Source: an uncultured Gammaproteobacteria bacterium (GTDB taxonomy: Bacteria > Patescibacteriota > Microgenomatia > UBA12405). Taken from it: a stretch of 64,000 nucleotides of DNA. The stretch is from NCBI GenBank assembly GCA_964582365.1, contig CAZOQV010000001.1, positions 12,712 to 76,711 on the forward strand, read 5' to 3'. Below are positions 29,056-39,240 of this stretch, piece by piece (the first letter of the stretch is position 1; each line of letters opens with the position of its first letter). The position numbers were made by a program, and so were the translations under genes. A model generated the notes under the pieces. That model had not been told where the DNA came from. It was given only the letters and a program-made list of their open reading frames with translations, and did not search any database.

Positions 29056-31185
29056 ATGTTGTCAGATTTAACTTTTATTCTTGCTTGGTGGTTTTTAATT
29101 TTTGTTTTAGGAATTATTTTTCTACCATTAACCACAGTTTTCTTTAAAAAGTTTTGGGACAAAGGATACATTTTTTCTAAAATAAGTTGTATTGCTGTCT
29201 TAACCTATTTGATTTTTATAGGCGGTATTTTTAAAGTTTTAACTTTCACAAATTTAAATTTATTTTTAATTTTATTTTTATTATTTTTAATAAATTTATT
29301 TTTTCTTAAACATAAAAACAATTTTTCGGTTTTTAAAAAAACCATAAAAGAAAATTATAAAACTTTTATTTTTGAAGAAATTTTATTTCTTTTTATTTTA
29401 ATAGCTTGGTCTTTTGTTCGTGGTTTTACTCCCGACATTGAAGGTCTAGAAAAATATATGGATTGGGGATTTATGAATTCTGCCTTAAAATCCAAATTTT
29501 TACCACCACTAGATATGTGGTTTTCTGGTGAAATTATAAATTATTATTATTTTGGTCATTTAATTTTTGCTGTTTTAACCAAATTAAGTACCATTAGCTC
29601 GGCCATTACCTACAATTTATCAATTGCCACTCTTTGTGCTCTTACTTTTGTATCTTCTTTTTCCATTGCCTCTAATTTAGTTTTTCTTTCCATAAAGAAA
29701 AATCTGCCCTCCTTGTCAAGGGAGGGTGTCCGTAGGACGGGTGGGTTTCGAAAAATAATTACTGCTGGACTAATCTCTGCTTTACTCTTAACCTTTGGAG
29801 GGAACCTCCATTCTGTTTACAAAATTACAAAAATAAATATTAAAGATAATGGCAAATTTGTTTTAACTCAAAAAGCCATTAATGATTCAATTAATAAATA
29901 TTGGTATCCCGACGCCACTCGTTTTATTGGTTACGACCCAGATGTTAAAGATAAAACCATCCATGAATTTCCTCTTTATAGTTTTGTAGTTTCTGATCTT
30001 CATGGTCATGTCAACGACATCCCCGTCATTTTATTTTTTATGGCCTTTTTAATAGCTATTAGTTTTTCTTCATCAAGTTTAATTAATGTTCTTTTGATTG
30101 TTGTTTCTGGCTTCACTTTGTCGATTGCCTACATGACCAACGCTTGGGATTTCGCTGTTTACGGTCTTTTATTTGCTTTTTTTACTCTTTTTTCAAACTT
30201 AAAAAACTCTAAAAATCCTATCGGAAAAACTTTTATTAATGGAATTTTAACTATTGCTTGTTGGTTTATTTTCTCTCTTCCTTTTTCTTTGAAATTTATT
30301 CCCATGGCCAGTGGTTTAAAACTTTCCGATGTCCATAGTCATTTTTATCAATTATTTATTTTGTATGGCGGTTTTTGGCTGATTTGCTTACCGTTTTTAA
30401 TATTATTTTTTAAAAAAATAATTTTTAGAAATTTGAAATTTGAAATTAGAAATTCAGATTTATTTGTCTTTGCCGCTATCACCACTGCCACTCTTTTAAT
30501 AATTATTCCTGAAATAATTTATTTAAAAGATATTTACATCTATGAATATCGTCGTGCTAATACTATGTTTAAATTAGTTTATCAGGCTTTTATTATGTAC
30601 TCTCTGGTTTCTGGCTATGTTTTTTATAAAGTTAAAAGTCTATTAAAATCCAAATGGCTTAATGTTTTATATGGTTTATTGTTCGCCTTAGTTTTTTTTG
30701 TTCATATGATTTATCCCTATTTTGCCATTAAATCATTTTATGGATCTTTTAAAAATTACAAAGGTTTATGGGGTTTAAATTATTTAAAAAATGATTACGT
30801 TGATAATTTTGCCGCTATTAATTGGATTAATGAAAATATCTCTGGTCAACCAGTAATGCTAGAAGCAGTAGGCGATAGCTATACTACTTTTAACCAAGTT
30901 TCTGTCTCTACTGGACTACCAACTGTTCAAGGTTGGATTGTTCATGAATGGCTTTGGCGCGGTGGATATGACAAACCAAAACAACGGCAAGATGATGTTC
31001 AAAATATTTATGAAAATGAAAATACCGAAAGGTTAAAAATTTTAATTCAAAAATACAATATTAAATATATCTTTGTTGGCACCAAAGAATACGAAAAATA
31101 TCCTAAATTAAATGATAAAAATTTTAAAGAAATCGGGGGGCAAATTATTTTTCAGTCTGGTAAAACCAAAATTTACCGGCTATAG
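29056..31185 (+). CDS. Large polytopic membrane protein with a C-terminal soluble domain, a putative GT-C-type glycosyltransferase
   Basis: More than 12 TM helices, the loop motif FPLYSFVVSDLHGHV, and co-linear placement with the GT-C/UbiA/PAP2 cluster. Confidence 0.5.
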   Translation: MLSDLTFILAWWFLIFVLGIIFLPLTTVFFKKFWDKGYIFSKISCIAVLTYLIFIGGIFKVLTFTNLNLFLILFLLFLINLFFLKHKNNFSVFKKTIKENYKTFIFEEILFLFILIAWSFVRGFTPDIEGLEKYMDWGFMNSALKSKFLPPLDMWFSGEIINYYYFGHLIFAVLTKLSTISSAITYNLSIATLCALTFVSSFSIASNLVFLSIKKNLPSLSREGVRRTGGFRKIITAGLISALLLTFGGNLHSVYKITKINIKDNGKFVLTQKAINDSINKYWYPDATRFIGYDPDVKDKTIHEFPLYSFVVSDLHGHVNDIPVILFFMAFLIAISFSSSSLINVLLIVVSGFTLSIAYMTNAWDFAVYGLLFAFFTLFSNLKNSKNPIGKTFINGILTIACWFIFSLPFSLKFIPMASGLKLSDVHSHFYQLFILYGGFWLICLPFLILFFKKIIFRNLKFEIRNSDLFVFAAITTATLLIIIPEIIYLKDIYIYEYRRANTMFKLVYQAFIMYSLVSGYVFYKVKSLLKSKWLNVLYGLLFALVFFVHMIYPYFAIKSFYGSFKNYKGLWGLNYLKNDYVDNFAAINWINENISGQPVMLEAVGDSYTTFNQVSVSTGLPTVQGWIVHEWLWRGGYDKPKQRQDDVQNIYENENTERLKILIQKYNIKYIFVGTKEYEKYPKLNDKNFKEIGGQIIFQSGKTKIYRL

Positions 31186-31197
31186 TTAAATTTGCTC

Positions 31198-33111
31198 ATG
31201 GAAGATATTTTAGAAGGATTAAATCAAAATCAAAAAGAAGCTGTTGTTTACACTGGTTCGCCTTTACTTTTATTGGCTGGAGCTGGTTCCGGCAAGACTC
31301 GCGTTTTAACTCATCGGGTGGCCTATTTTATTCAAAAGAAAATTGCCAAACCATCAGAGATTTTATTACTCACTTTCACCAATAAAGCCGCCGAAGAAAT
31401 GCGACAGCGAACAACCAAACTTTTATCTACGATCAACCAAAAATCTACGACCTATGACCTACGATCTAATTCCTTTTTTGCTGGGACCTTTCACTCTTTT
31501 TGTTGTCGTGTTCTACGCGCTGATGGTGAAAATATCGGTATCCCCCAAAAATTTCTTATTTACGATTCTAATGATCAAGAAAATTTAATTAAAAATATCC
31601 TTCACGAACTCGGGCTAACTCCTCAAGAATTTAAACCATCTAGTGTTCTTTATTTTATTGAAGCCGCTAAAAATTCTTTTCAAACTCCAAAAGAAATGTC
31701 GGCTCAAAGCAGTGGTTTTTGGCAAGATTATGCTTGTAAGATTTATACTCGTTATCAAGAAAAATTATTTAATTTTCATGCTCTCGATTTTAACGATCTT
31801 CTTTTCAAAACCGCTGAATTATTTTCTCAATATCCCAACATTTTGTCTAAATATCAAGAAATTTATAAATTTATTATGGTTGATGAATATCAGGATACTA
31901 ATCAAATTCAATATCTTTTAACCAAACTTTTGGCTCAAAAATATAAACAAATCACTGTTGTTGGTGACGCTTCTCAAGCTATTTATGGTTGGAGAGGGGC
32001 TGATTATCGAAATTTGGTCAATTTCACCACTGATTTTAAAAATGCCAAGATTATCAATCTTGAACAAAATTATCGTTCTACTCAAATTATTCTTGACGCC
32101 GCCAACGCTGTCATTTCCAAAGATAAATCTCATCCGATCTTAAAATTATTTACTGACAAAAAATCAGCAGATAAAATAAAAATATTTGAAGCCGAATCTG
32201 AAGTTGCCGAAGCCGATTTTATTGCTCAAAAAATTAAATTTATTAATGATAATTTAAAAATTCCTCTACGAAACATTGCCGTTCTTTATCGAATGAACGC
32301 TCAGTCTCGTGTTTTGGAAGAAGCTTTTTTACGCCAAACTATTCCCTATGTTTTGTTAGGTGGAACTCGTTTTTATGAACGGGCCGAGATTAAAGATATT
32401 TTATCTATGCTTCGTTATGCCAGTGATCAGGCCGATCATATTTCAGAAGAGAGAATTGAAAAAGCTTTAGGTAAACGTAAAAAAGCCCATCTTCACGAAC
32501 ATATTAATAATATAGAGTTAGACAATCTTACCTCTCTTCAAATTTTAGAATCTTTGGTCATTAATTCTAATTACCTCGATAAATTTGATAGTAAAGATGA
32601 GGAAGATCAAAAAAGAATTGAAAACATCAAAGAATTAAAATCTGTCGCCGCTCAGTTTCCCCTTCTTACTGATTTTTTAGAAAATATAACCTTAGTCCAA
32701 CAAGAATATTCTCTTCAAGAAAAAAATAAGAAAAAAGAAAATCGTGACGGTGTTAAATTAATGACTCTTCATAGTGCTAAAGGTTTGGAATTTGAAGTGG
32801 TCTTTATGGTCGGTTTTGAAGAGGGAATTTTGCCTCATTCCCGGTGTTTAATTGACGAATCCCAAATTGAAGAAGAACGCCGTCTTTGTTATGTTGGCAT
32901 TACTCGTGCTAAAGATTATCTTTGTATTTCTTATGCCACTCGTCGTTTATTTTTTGGTAAAAGTAGTCTAAATGAAGCCAGTCGATTTTTAGCCGATATC
33001 CCCAGTGAATTGGTTGAATTTGAAGAAAGTTTGGAAATTATTCGTGATTATCGTCACCCCAAAAAATCCCAAAACGATGATGATATCATTTATGACCCTG
33101 ATATTTATTAA
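31198..33111 (+). CDS. UvrD/PcrA/Rep-type superfamily-1 DNA helicase
   Basis: LNQNQKEAV, Walker A AGAGSGKT and UvrD motifs through VGITRAK. Confidence 0.85.
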   Translation: MEDILEGLNQNQKEAVVYTGSPLLLLAGAGSGKTRVLTHRVAYFIQKKIAKPSEILLLTFTNKAAEEMRQRTTKLLSTINQKSTTYDLRSNSFFAGTFHSFCCRVLRADGENIGIPQKFLIYDSNDQENLIKNILHELGLTPQEFKPSSVLYFIEAAKNSFQTPKEMSAQSSGFWQDYACKIYTRYQEKLFNFHALDFNDLLFKTAELFSQYPNILSKYQEIYKFIMVDEYQDTNQIQYLLTKLLAQKYKQITVVGDASQAIYGWRGADYRNLVNFTTDFKNAKIINLEQNYRSTQIILDAANAVISKDKSHPILKLFTDKKSADKIKIFEAESEVAEADFIAQKIKFINDNLKIPLRNIAVLYRMNAQSRVLEEAFLRQTIPYVLLGGTRFYERAEIKDILSMLRYASDQADHISEERIEKALGKRKKAHLHEHINNIELDNLTSLQILESLVINSNYLDKFDSKDEEDQKRIENIKELKSVAAQFPLLTDFLENITLVQQEYSLQEKNKKKENRDGVKLMTLHSAKGLEFEVVFMVGFEEGILPHSRCLIDESQIEEERRLCYVGITRAKDYLCISYATRRLFFGKSSLNEASRFLADIPSELVEFEESLEIIRDYRHPKKSQNDDDIIYDPDIY

Positions 33112-33127
33112 CCTGATAAAATAACTC

Positions 33128-33466
33128 ATGGAAATAACCAAAAAAGAACAATCTCAAGTTTTTCATAATGGCAACGTAACTGCTCATGAATATCCAACAA
33201 AAAATAAAAACATTAGTGGCGGTTTTGTTGAGATAAGAGGCCGACATCCAGAGAAAGGTTGGATTTGTAACCAAGAGTGTACAGAATTAGTTTTTATTAC
33301 CAAAGGATCTGTTACCTTAACTACTGAGAAAGAATCTGTTTTCCTAAATGAAATGGATCAAGTAATTATTAATCCAAAAGAAAGATATTATTGGGATGGT
33401 AATTGTGTTGCTTTTGTTCCCTCTACTCCTCCATGGACTCCAGAACAAACTGAAATTGTTGAATAA
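33128..33466 (+). CDS. Small cupin-fold protein
   Basis: A beta-barrel pattern with conserved G/H/E positions. Confidence 0.4.
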   Translation: MEITKKEQSQVFHNGNVTAHEYPTKNKNISGGFVEIRGRHPEKGWICNQECTELVFITKGSVTLTTEKESVFLNEMDQVIINPKERYYWDGNCVAFVPSTPPWTPEQTEIVE

Positions 33467-33478
33467 AAAACTAACTTT

Positions 33479-34108
33479 ATGACAAAAAATATCAAAGAAT
33501 TAATCTCTATTATCTTTGATTGGTTAGCCATAAAAGACCCTCTTGAAAAATCAGATTTAATTTTCGTTTTTGGTGGGCCTACTTTGAGCCAAGTTAAAAA
33601 AGCCAGACAAATTTTTGATCAAGATTTTGCTCCTTATATTATAGTTACCGGCAACACTGGTACTTTTAATAATCCAGATTGGAATAAGCCTATCGCTAAT
33701 ATTTTTTGTGATTTTTTAGTCGAAAACAAAGTTAATCCAGAGAATATTTTAGTTCAAAATAGTTCAATGAATACTTTGGAAGATGTTACTTTTTCTATTC
33801 CTATTATCAAAGCCAAAATCCAGAATTTTAAAAAAGTAATTTTGGTTTCTAATCCGATGCACCAACGTCGTTGTTTTGCTACTTTCAAAAAACAATTTCC
33901 TTTCAAGGTTGAAATCATTAATCAAGCCGGTGATGAACCAGATCTTACCAAAGCTGATGAACAAGAAATTATTTCAATTGGCACTAGGTGCCTTCAAGAA
34001 TATGAAAGATTGATAAAATATTCACAGAAAGGCGATATTGAAACTAGTATAATTCCTGAAAAGGTAACTAACGCTTATATTCAATTAAAAAATATTTTAG
34101 GCGTCTAA
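33479..34108 (+). CDS. DUF218 (YdcF/ElyC/SanA-family) protein
   Basis: The pattern SDLIFVFGGPT...YIIVTGNTG. Confidence 0.6.
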   Translation: MTKNIKELISIIFDWLAIKDPLEKSDLIFVFGGPTLSQVKKARQIFDQDFAPYIIVTGNTGTFNNPDWNKPIANIFCDFLVENKVNPENILVQNSSMNTLEDVTFSIPIIKAKIQNFKKVILVSNPMHQRRCFATFKKQFPFKVEIINQAGDEPDLTKADEQEIISIGTRCLQEYERLIKYSQKGDIETSIIPEKVTNAYIQLKNILGV

Positions 34109-34114
34109 TTAATT

Positions 34115-35158
34115 ATGTCCACTAAGATTCTTACTATTAAAGACAAAGAAATCTACAATTCGAAAATAATTCATCCAGTTCAAACGTGGGATTGGGGAGA
34201 TTTTCAAATTTCTCAAGGTCACACAGTTTATCGTCTCGGTGTTTTCAATAATGATGACAAAATAATTTCCGCCTATTCCATCAGTTTTCATAAAGTTCCC
34301 AAAACTAAATTTTCTATTGGCACTATTCTCCGTGGCCCAGAAATTGATGATGAAACCATTAAAAAAGTTACTGAAATTGCCCAACAAGAAAATGCTATTT
34401 TTGTTAAATTCGAACCAAATGTTATTTATCAAAAATTTGACAATTTAAATAATAAATCTCTTATTTTTCCAAAACCAGATTTTAAACATCTAAAAAAATC
34501 ACCCAAGGTTGCCTTTTATCCATTCACTTACATAGTTGATTTAACTAAAACCGAAACTGAAATTTTAGAATCAATGCACTCCAAAACTCGCTACAATATC
34601 CGAGTTGCTAACCGTTATGGTGTTGAAATTAAAGAACAAACTGACGATCAAGGCTTTGAAATTTATTTAAAACTTCTCCTTGCCACCACTAAACGCCAAG
34701 GGTTTTATTTACACACCGAAAAATATCATCGTGATTTATGGAAGAAATTAAAGAAAACTGGCATGATTCATATTATGTTGGCTTCTTATGATAATCAAGT
34801 TATTTCCGCTTTTATGATTTTTAATGTCAAAGATCAATTATTTTATCCATATGGTGCGTCTCTCGATATTAATCGCCAAGTTATGGCTCCGACTCTTTTA
34901 ATGTGGGAAGTAATTAAACTTGGTCAAAAATTAAAATGTTCGACTTTTGATATGTGGGGTTGTCTTGGTCCTCACGCCAAAGAAACTGAAAATGGTTATG
35001 GTTTTCACCGATTTAAACAAGGATTTGGTGGTGAACTTAATGAATATGTTGGTACTTACGATTTAATCATCAACCCGACTTTATATAAAATTTACAATTC
35101 AGTTGATAAAATTCGCTGGAAACTTCTCCGTCTCAAAGCCTCAATTTTAAGAAAATAA
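34115..35158 (+). CDS. FemAB-family peptidyltransferase (peptidoglycan interpeptide-bridge formation)
   Basis: FemAB/Acetyltransf_8-like conservation (YPYGAS, RFKQGFGG). Confidence 0.65.
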   Translation: MSTKILTIKDKEIYNSKIIHPVQTWDWGDFQISQGHTVYRLGVFNNDDKIISAYSISFHKVPKTKFSIGTILRGPEIDDETIKKVTEIAQQENAIFVKFEPNVIYQKFDNLNNKSLIFPKPDFKHLKKSPKVAFYPFTYIVDLTKTETEILESMHSKTRYNIRVANRYGVEIKEQTDDQGFEIYLKLLLATTKRQGFYLHTEKYHRDLWKKLKKTGMIHIMLASYDNQVISAFMIFNVKDQLFYPYGASLDINRQVMAPTLLMWEVIKLGQKLKCSTFDMWGCLGPHAKETENGYGFHRFKQGFGGELNEYVGTYDLIINPTLYKIYNSVDKIRWKLLRLKASILRK

Positions 35159-35267
35159 AAACGGCCAAAAATTAAAACAAAAAATACTAATTAGTATTAA
35201 ATGTTTTAGCCTTTAGCCGTTGGTAGCGTCTATACAAAAAGTTAAAAAAATAGACACCTGGACATCT

Positions 35268-35579
35268 TTAATCTTTTACAACCTCACAACATTTTTCTGC
35301 AAAAATAAATTCATCAAACATAAGGTCATCATTTTTTTTCCACCACTTGGCAGCTTTTTCATTAGTTGCAGCAATAGCTTTCATAGCTGTCTCATGGGAT
35401 ATTCTGTAGCCTCCGATGTTTTCATTATCGTTTCTTCTCATATAATCTACCTGAAAAAAATCTGTATTATCATCGCTAAGGTCTTGTATACCAAGTGTAT
35501 CCAATTCAAGGTTAACCCATGCTTCTCTAACCCATTTTGGAGGTTCACCTGTCGGCGTAGAAACAATTCGAATTTTCAT
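35268..35579 (-). CDS. Hypothetical acidic protein (103 aa)
   Basis: A protein-like composition; preferred over the overlapping + strand ORF. Confidence 0.4.
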   Translation of the reverse strand: MKIRIVSTPTGEPPKWVREAWVNLELDTLGIQDLSDDNTDFFQVDYMRRNDNENIGGYRISHETAMKAIAATNEKAAKWWKKNDDLMFDEFIFAEKCCEVVKD

Positions 35580-35658
35580 CTTTTATCCCTGCTTTATTTC
35601 AATGTACTTTTTGTATCAAAGTATAACATAGTGTCCTACAATCAATAATAAAAATAAT

Positions 35659-36039
35659 TTATTCTTCAACCACCACTTTATCAGTCGAAATACTTGGTGA
35701 ATGAATTGAAATTGTTTCGCAATTTTCCAAAAATTCGACTTTAACCACATTATTAACATCAATAAAAATAAATTCTCCCGTTTTTACCAAAACCATCTTG
35801 TCATTAATCAAATAATTTGCCTTACCTTTAAGCATAATATTCACCTCAACTTTTTTCTGATGATAATGTTTTTTACAAATATGACCTTTTTCATGTTTAG
35901 CAAATTGAATTTCTAAATCATCAGTTTTACACGGATTGTCTTCTTCAAAAAATGATCCTACAAACCAACCTCTAGTTTTTTCAAAATCACTCATCTTTCC
36001 GCTAAAAAATTTTCCATTTCCCAATTTTTTTGTATCCAT
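35659..36039 (-). CDS. Cupin-domain protein
   Basis: Two-His cupin motifs (HICKKHYH...E, G.ANYL). Start at the ATG at 36039; the TTG at 36075 is an alternative. Confidence 0.45.
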   Translation of the reverse strand: MDTKKLGNGKFFSGKMSDFEKTRGWFVGSFFEEDNPCKTDDLEIQFAKHEKGHICKKHYHQKKVEVNIMLKGKANYLINDKMVLVKTGEFIFIDVNNVVKVEFLENCETISIHSPSISTDKVVVEE

Positions 36040-36101
36040 ATTTAAAAAAATTATAACATTTTTACTAAAAACCAATTTGAAAAAATAAGGTAAAATACAC
36101 T

Positions 36102-36401
36102 ATGTCTTCGCCAAAGATTTCTCTAACTGAATTACAACACATCGCCAAATTATCACGTCTGGAAATTGACCCCAAAAAACAAAATGAATTAGCAGACCAA
36201 TTATCAGAAACCGCCAATTATATTGATGTTTTAAAAGAATTAAATACCGCCGATATCAATCCCACTTCTCAAGTTAACAACAAACACAATGTTTTGCGTC
36301 AGGATGTCATTGAAGATTCACTAAGCCAAACTGATGCTTTGTCTCAGGCTCCAGAAACTTATAATGGTTATTTTAAAACCGCCGCCACCATTAAAAAATA
36401 A
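36102..36401 (+). CDS. gatC: Glu/Asp-tRNA amidotransferase subunit C
   Basis: LTELQHIAKLSRLEI...NYIDVL, in the conserved gatCAB operon. Confidence 0.85.
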   Translation: MSSPKISLTELQHIAKLSRLEIDPKKQNELADQLSETANYIDVLKELNTADINPTSQVNNKHNVLRQDVIEDSLSQTDALSQAPETYNGYFKTAATIKK

Positions 36402-36403
36402 TT

Positions 36404-37795
36404 ATGTCCAATTTAAATAAATTAAACTTATTAGAAGCCGTCGAGGGGATTAAAAATAAAAAATTTACTTCCATTGAATTAGTAACTGATTGTTTTGCCC
36501 AAATTGAAAAACTAGAACCAACTCTAAATTCTTTTGTCACTCTTTGTAAAGAAGACGCTTTCAAAAAATCAGAAAATATAGATTTTACCCAACCTTTGGC
36601 TGGAATTCCTATTGCTATTAAAGATAATTTTTGTATTAAAGGTGTCAAAACCACCGCTTCCTCTAAACTTTTAGAAAATTATCAAGCCCAATATACTGCC
36701 ACTGTTGTCGACCGTCTAGAAAAAGCCGGCGCCATTGTTATTGGCAAAACCAACATGGATGCCTGGGCTCACGGTTCTTCAACTGAAACTTCTGATTTTG
36801 GTTCAACCAAAAATCCTTGGAATCCAAATCACTTACCAGGAGGATCTTCTGGTGGCTCTGCTGCCGCTGTCGCTTCTGATGAAGTTACCACCTCAATTGG
36901 TTCCGAAACTGCCGGTTCTATCCGTCAGCCGGCCGCTTGGTGCGGTATGGTTGGTCTTAAGCCAACTTATGGTCGTGTCAGTCGTTATGGTGTCATTGCC
37001 ATGGCTTCATCTATGGATTCTCCCGGTCCAATCACTAAAACTGTCGATGATGCCGCTTTGCTTTTATCCATAATTTCTGGCCATGATCCAAAAGATGCTA
37101 CCAGTATTGACCAACCATCTTGGTCAATACCAAAATCTTTAACCGATTTAAAAGGTTTAAAAATTGGTTTACCCAAACATTATTTCCCCAGAAATATTAA
37201 ATCAGAAGTTAAACAAGCTGTCTTAGAGGCGGCTGAAACTCTTAAAAAACTTGGCGCCGAAATTATAGAGTTGGATGTTTTAGATCCAAAATATGCCATT
37301 GCTGTCTACACTATTTTACAGCGATCCGAAGTCTCTTCAAATTTAGCCCGTTTTACTGGTATTCGTTATGGTCATGATCGTTCTTTTTTTGGCGATGAGG
37401 CCAAGAGGAGAATTATGCTTGGTACTTACACTCTTTCCAGTGGTTATTACGACGCTCATTACATTAAAGCTCAACAAGTCAGAACTTTAATTATTGAAGA
37501 TTTTAAAAAACAATTTCAAAAAGTCGATGCCATTATCGGTCCCACTTCTCCCACCACTGCTCTTGCTCTCGGTGCCACTGATGGTCAAGCTATGTTTGGT
37601 GAATTAGAAGATATGTTGGTGGAACCATCAACTCTTGCCGGTCTTCCGGGAATTTCTCTTCCATGCGGATTTGCCGATGGCTTACCAATTGGCCTTCAAA
37701 TAATTACACCTCAGCTTCGTGAAGATCTCGCCGTTCAAATCGCTCGTCTTTTTGAATCATCAACTGATTATCATTTACAAAAACCAAAATTATGA
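36404..37795 (+). CDS. gatA: Glu/Asp-tRNA amidotransferase subunit A (amidase signature)
   Basis: GGSSGGSAAAVA and the Ser-cisSer-Lys triad region. Confidence 0.9.
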   Translation: MSNLNKLNLLEAVEGIKNKKFTSIELVTDCFAQIEKLEPTLNSFVTLCKEDAFKKSENIDFTQPLAGIPIAIKDNFCIKGVKTTASSKLLENYQAQYTATVVDRLEKAGAIVIGKTNMDAWAHGSSTETSDFGSTKNPWNPNHLPGGSSGGSAAAVASDEVTTSIGSETAGSIRQPAAWCGMVGLKPTYGRVSRYGVIAMASSMDSPGPITKTVDDAALLLSIISGHDPKDATSIDQPSWSIPKSLTDLKGLKIGLPKHYFPRNIKSEVKQAVLEAAETLKKLGAEIIELDVLDPKYAIAVYTILQRSEVSSNLARFTGIRYGHDRSFFGDEAKRRIMLGTYTLSSGYYDAHYIKAQQVRTLIIEDFKKQFQKVDAIIGPTSPTTALALGATDGQAMFGELEDMLVEPSTLAGLPGISLPCGFADGLPIGLQIITPQLREDLAVQIARLFESSTDYHLQKPKL

Positions 37796-39240
37796 AAATC
37801 ACACCCATAATTGGTCTTGAAGCCCACGTTGAACTAAAAACCAAATCAAAAATGTTTTGTAGTTGTAATGCCGAGCATTTTCACGCCGAACCAAACACCC
37901 ACACCTGTCCAGTTTGTCTTGGTCTTCCAGGAGCACTACCAGTTCCCAATCAAGTCGCCTGTGAATCTTGTGTCAAATTAGGTTTAGCTCTTAATTGCGA
38001 CATAAATCCAATTACTTTTTTTGAAAGAAAAAATTATTTTTATCCAGATTTAGCCAAAAGTTACCAGATAACTCAACTTCAAAAACCTTTTTCTATTAAT
38101 GGCAAAATTACTATTGATGGTCACGAAATTCGAATTAATCGCGCCCACATGGAAGAGGACACTGGTAAATCAGTTCATCAAAATGTTGATGGCCAAGATT
38201 CAACTTTAATTGATTTTAATCGTTCTGGAGTTCCGTTAGTTGAAATTGTTTCTGAGCCAGATATTGATTCAGCTGAACTTGCCAAAAAGTATTTACTCAA
38301 AATCCAACAAATTATCCGATACATAGGCGTTTCCGATGCTGATATTGAAAAAGGCAGCATGCGTTGTGAACCAACCGTCAATTTAAAAATTGAAGATAAT
38401 GGGGAAGTTTTTTACACCCCATTGGCCGAAATTAAAAATGTGGCTTCCTTAACTGGTGTTTTAAATGCCATAAATTACGAAATTAACCGTCAGACTGAAA
38501 ATTTTAAAGAAACTCGTGAAGTAAAATCAAAAACCAACAAAACCACTCGAGGTTGGGATGCTAATAAAAATCAGACTTTTTTACAACGCGAAAAAGAAGG
38601 GTCGGCTGATTATCGTTATTTTCCTGAACCAGACATTCCGTCAATTGAATTTACTCAATCTCAAATTGAGGCGATTAAAAAAACTCTGCCAGAATTACCA
38701 GATCAAAAAATTATCAGATATAAAAAAGATTTTAGTTTAAATGATTATGATGCCACTCAAATAGCTGAAAATATTGATTTTTCTACTATTTATGAAACCG
38801 CCATTAGTCTTTCATCTTCTCCTGATTTTGCCAAATTCACCGCTAATTTATTTTTAGGTGCCATTAAAACTTACTTAAATGAAAATAGTGAAGAACTAGA
38901 TGATCAAAAAATTAATCCTCAATTTTTTCTTGATTTATTTACCTCTGTTTCCAAATCTGAAATTTCGGCCACTGTCGCCAAACAAGTCATTATCGACAGT
39001 TATAAGTCAGGTGAAAATCCAGTCGAAATTGCCAAAAGTAAGGGATTGCTTCAAGTTTCTGACTCTGGTGAAATTGAAAAAATTGCTACCGAAGTTATTT
39101 CTCAAAATCCAAAAGCAGTTGAAGATTACCAGAAAAATCCAGCTTCTATTGGCTTTTTAATTGGCCAACTCATGAAAGCCTCCAAAGGATCCGCCAATCC
39201 CCAACTCGCCAAAGAAATTTTAGAAAAATTATTAAAATAA
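37792..39240 (+). CDS. gatB: Glu/Asp-tRNA amidotransferase subunit B
   Basis: PIIGLEAHVEL and the C-terminal YqeY-like domain. ATGA overlap with gatA. Confidence 0.9.
   Translation: MKITPIIGLEAHVELKTKSKMFCSCNAEHFHAEPNTHTCPVCLGLPGALPVPNQVACESCVKLGLALNCDINPITFFERKNYFYPDLAKSYQITQLQKPFSINGKITIDGHEIRINRAHMEEDTGKSVHQNVDGQDSTLIDFNRSGVPLVEIVSEPDIDSAELAKKYLLKIQQIIRYIGVSDADIEKGSMRCEPTVNLKIEDNGEVFYTPLAEIKNVASLTGVLNAINYEINRQTENFKETREVKSKTNKTTRGWDANKNQTFLQREKEGSADYRYFPEPDIPSIEFTQSQIEAIKKTLPELPDQKIIRYKKDFSLNDYDATQIAENIDFSTIYETAISLSSSPDFAKFTANLFLGAIKTYLNENSEELDDQKINPQFFLDLFTSVSKSEISATVAKQVIIDSYKSGENPVEIAKSKGLLQVSDSGEIEKIATEVISQNPKAVEDYQKNPASIGFLIGQLMKASKGSANPQLAKEILEKLLK

Noticed and set aside
35220-35648. 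142-aa + strand ORF overlapping the 103-aa - strand ORF
   Set aside because: The translation is Cys/Phe-rich and low-complexity with no protein-like pattern. The opposite-strand ORF has a balanced composition and an ATG start with a promoter-like upstream region
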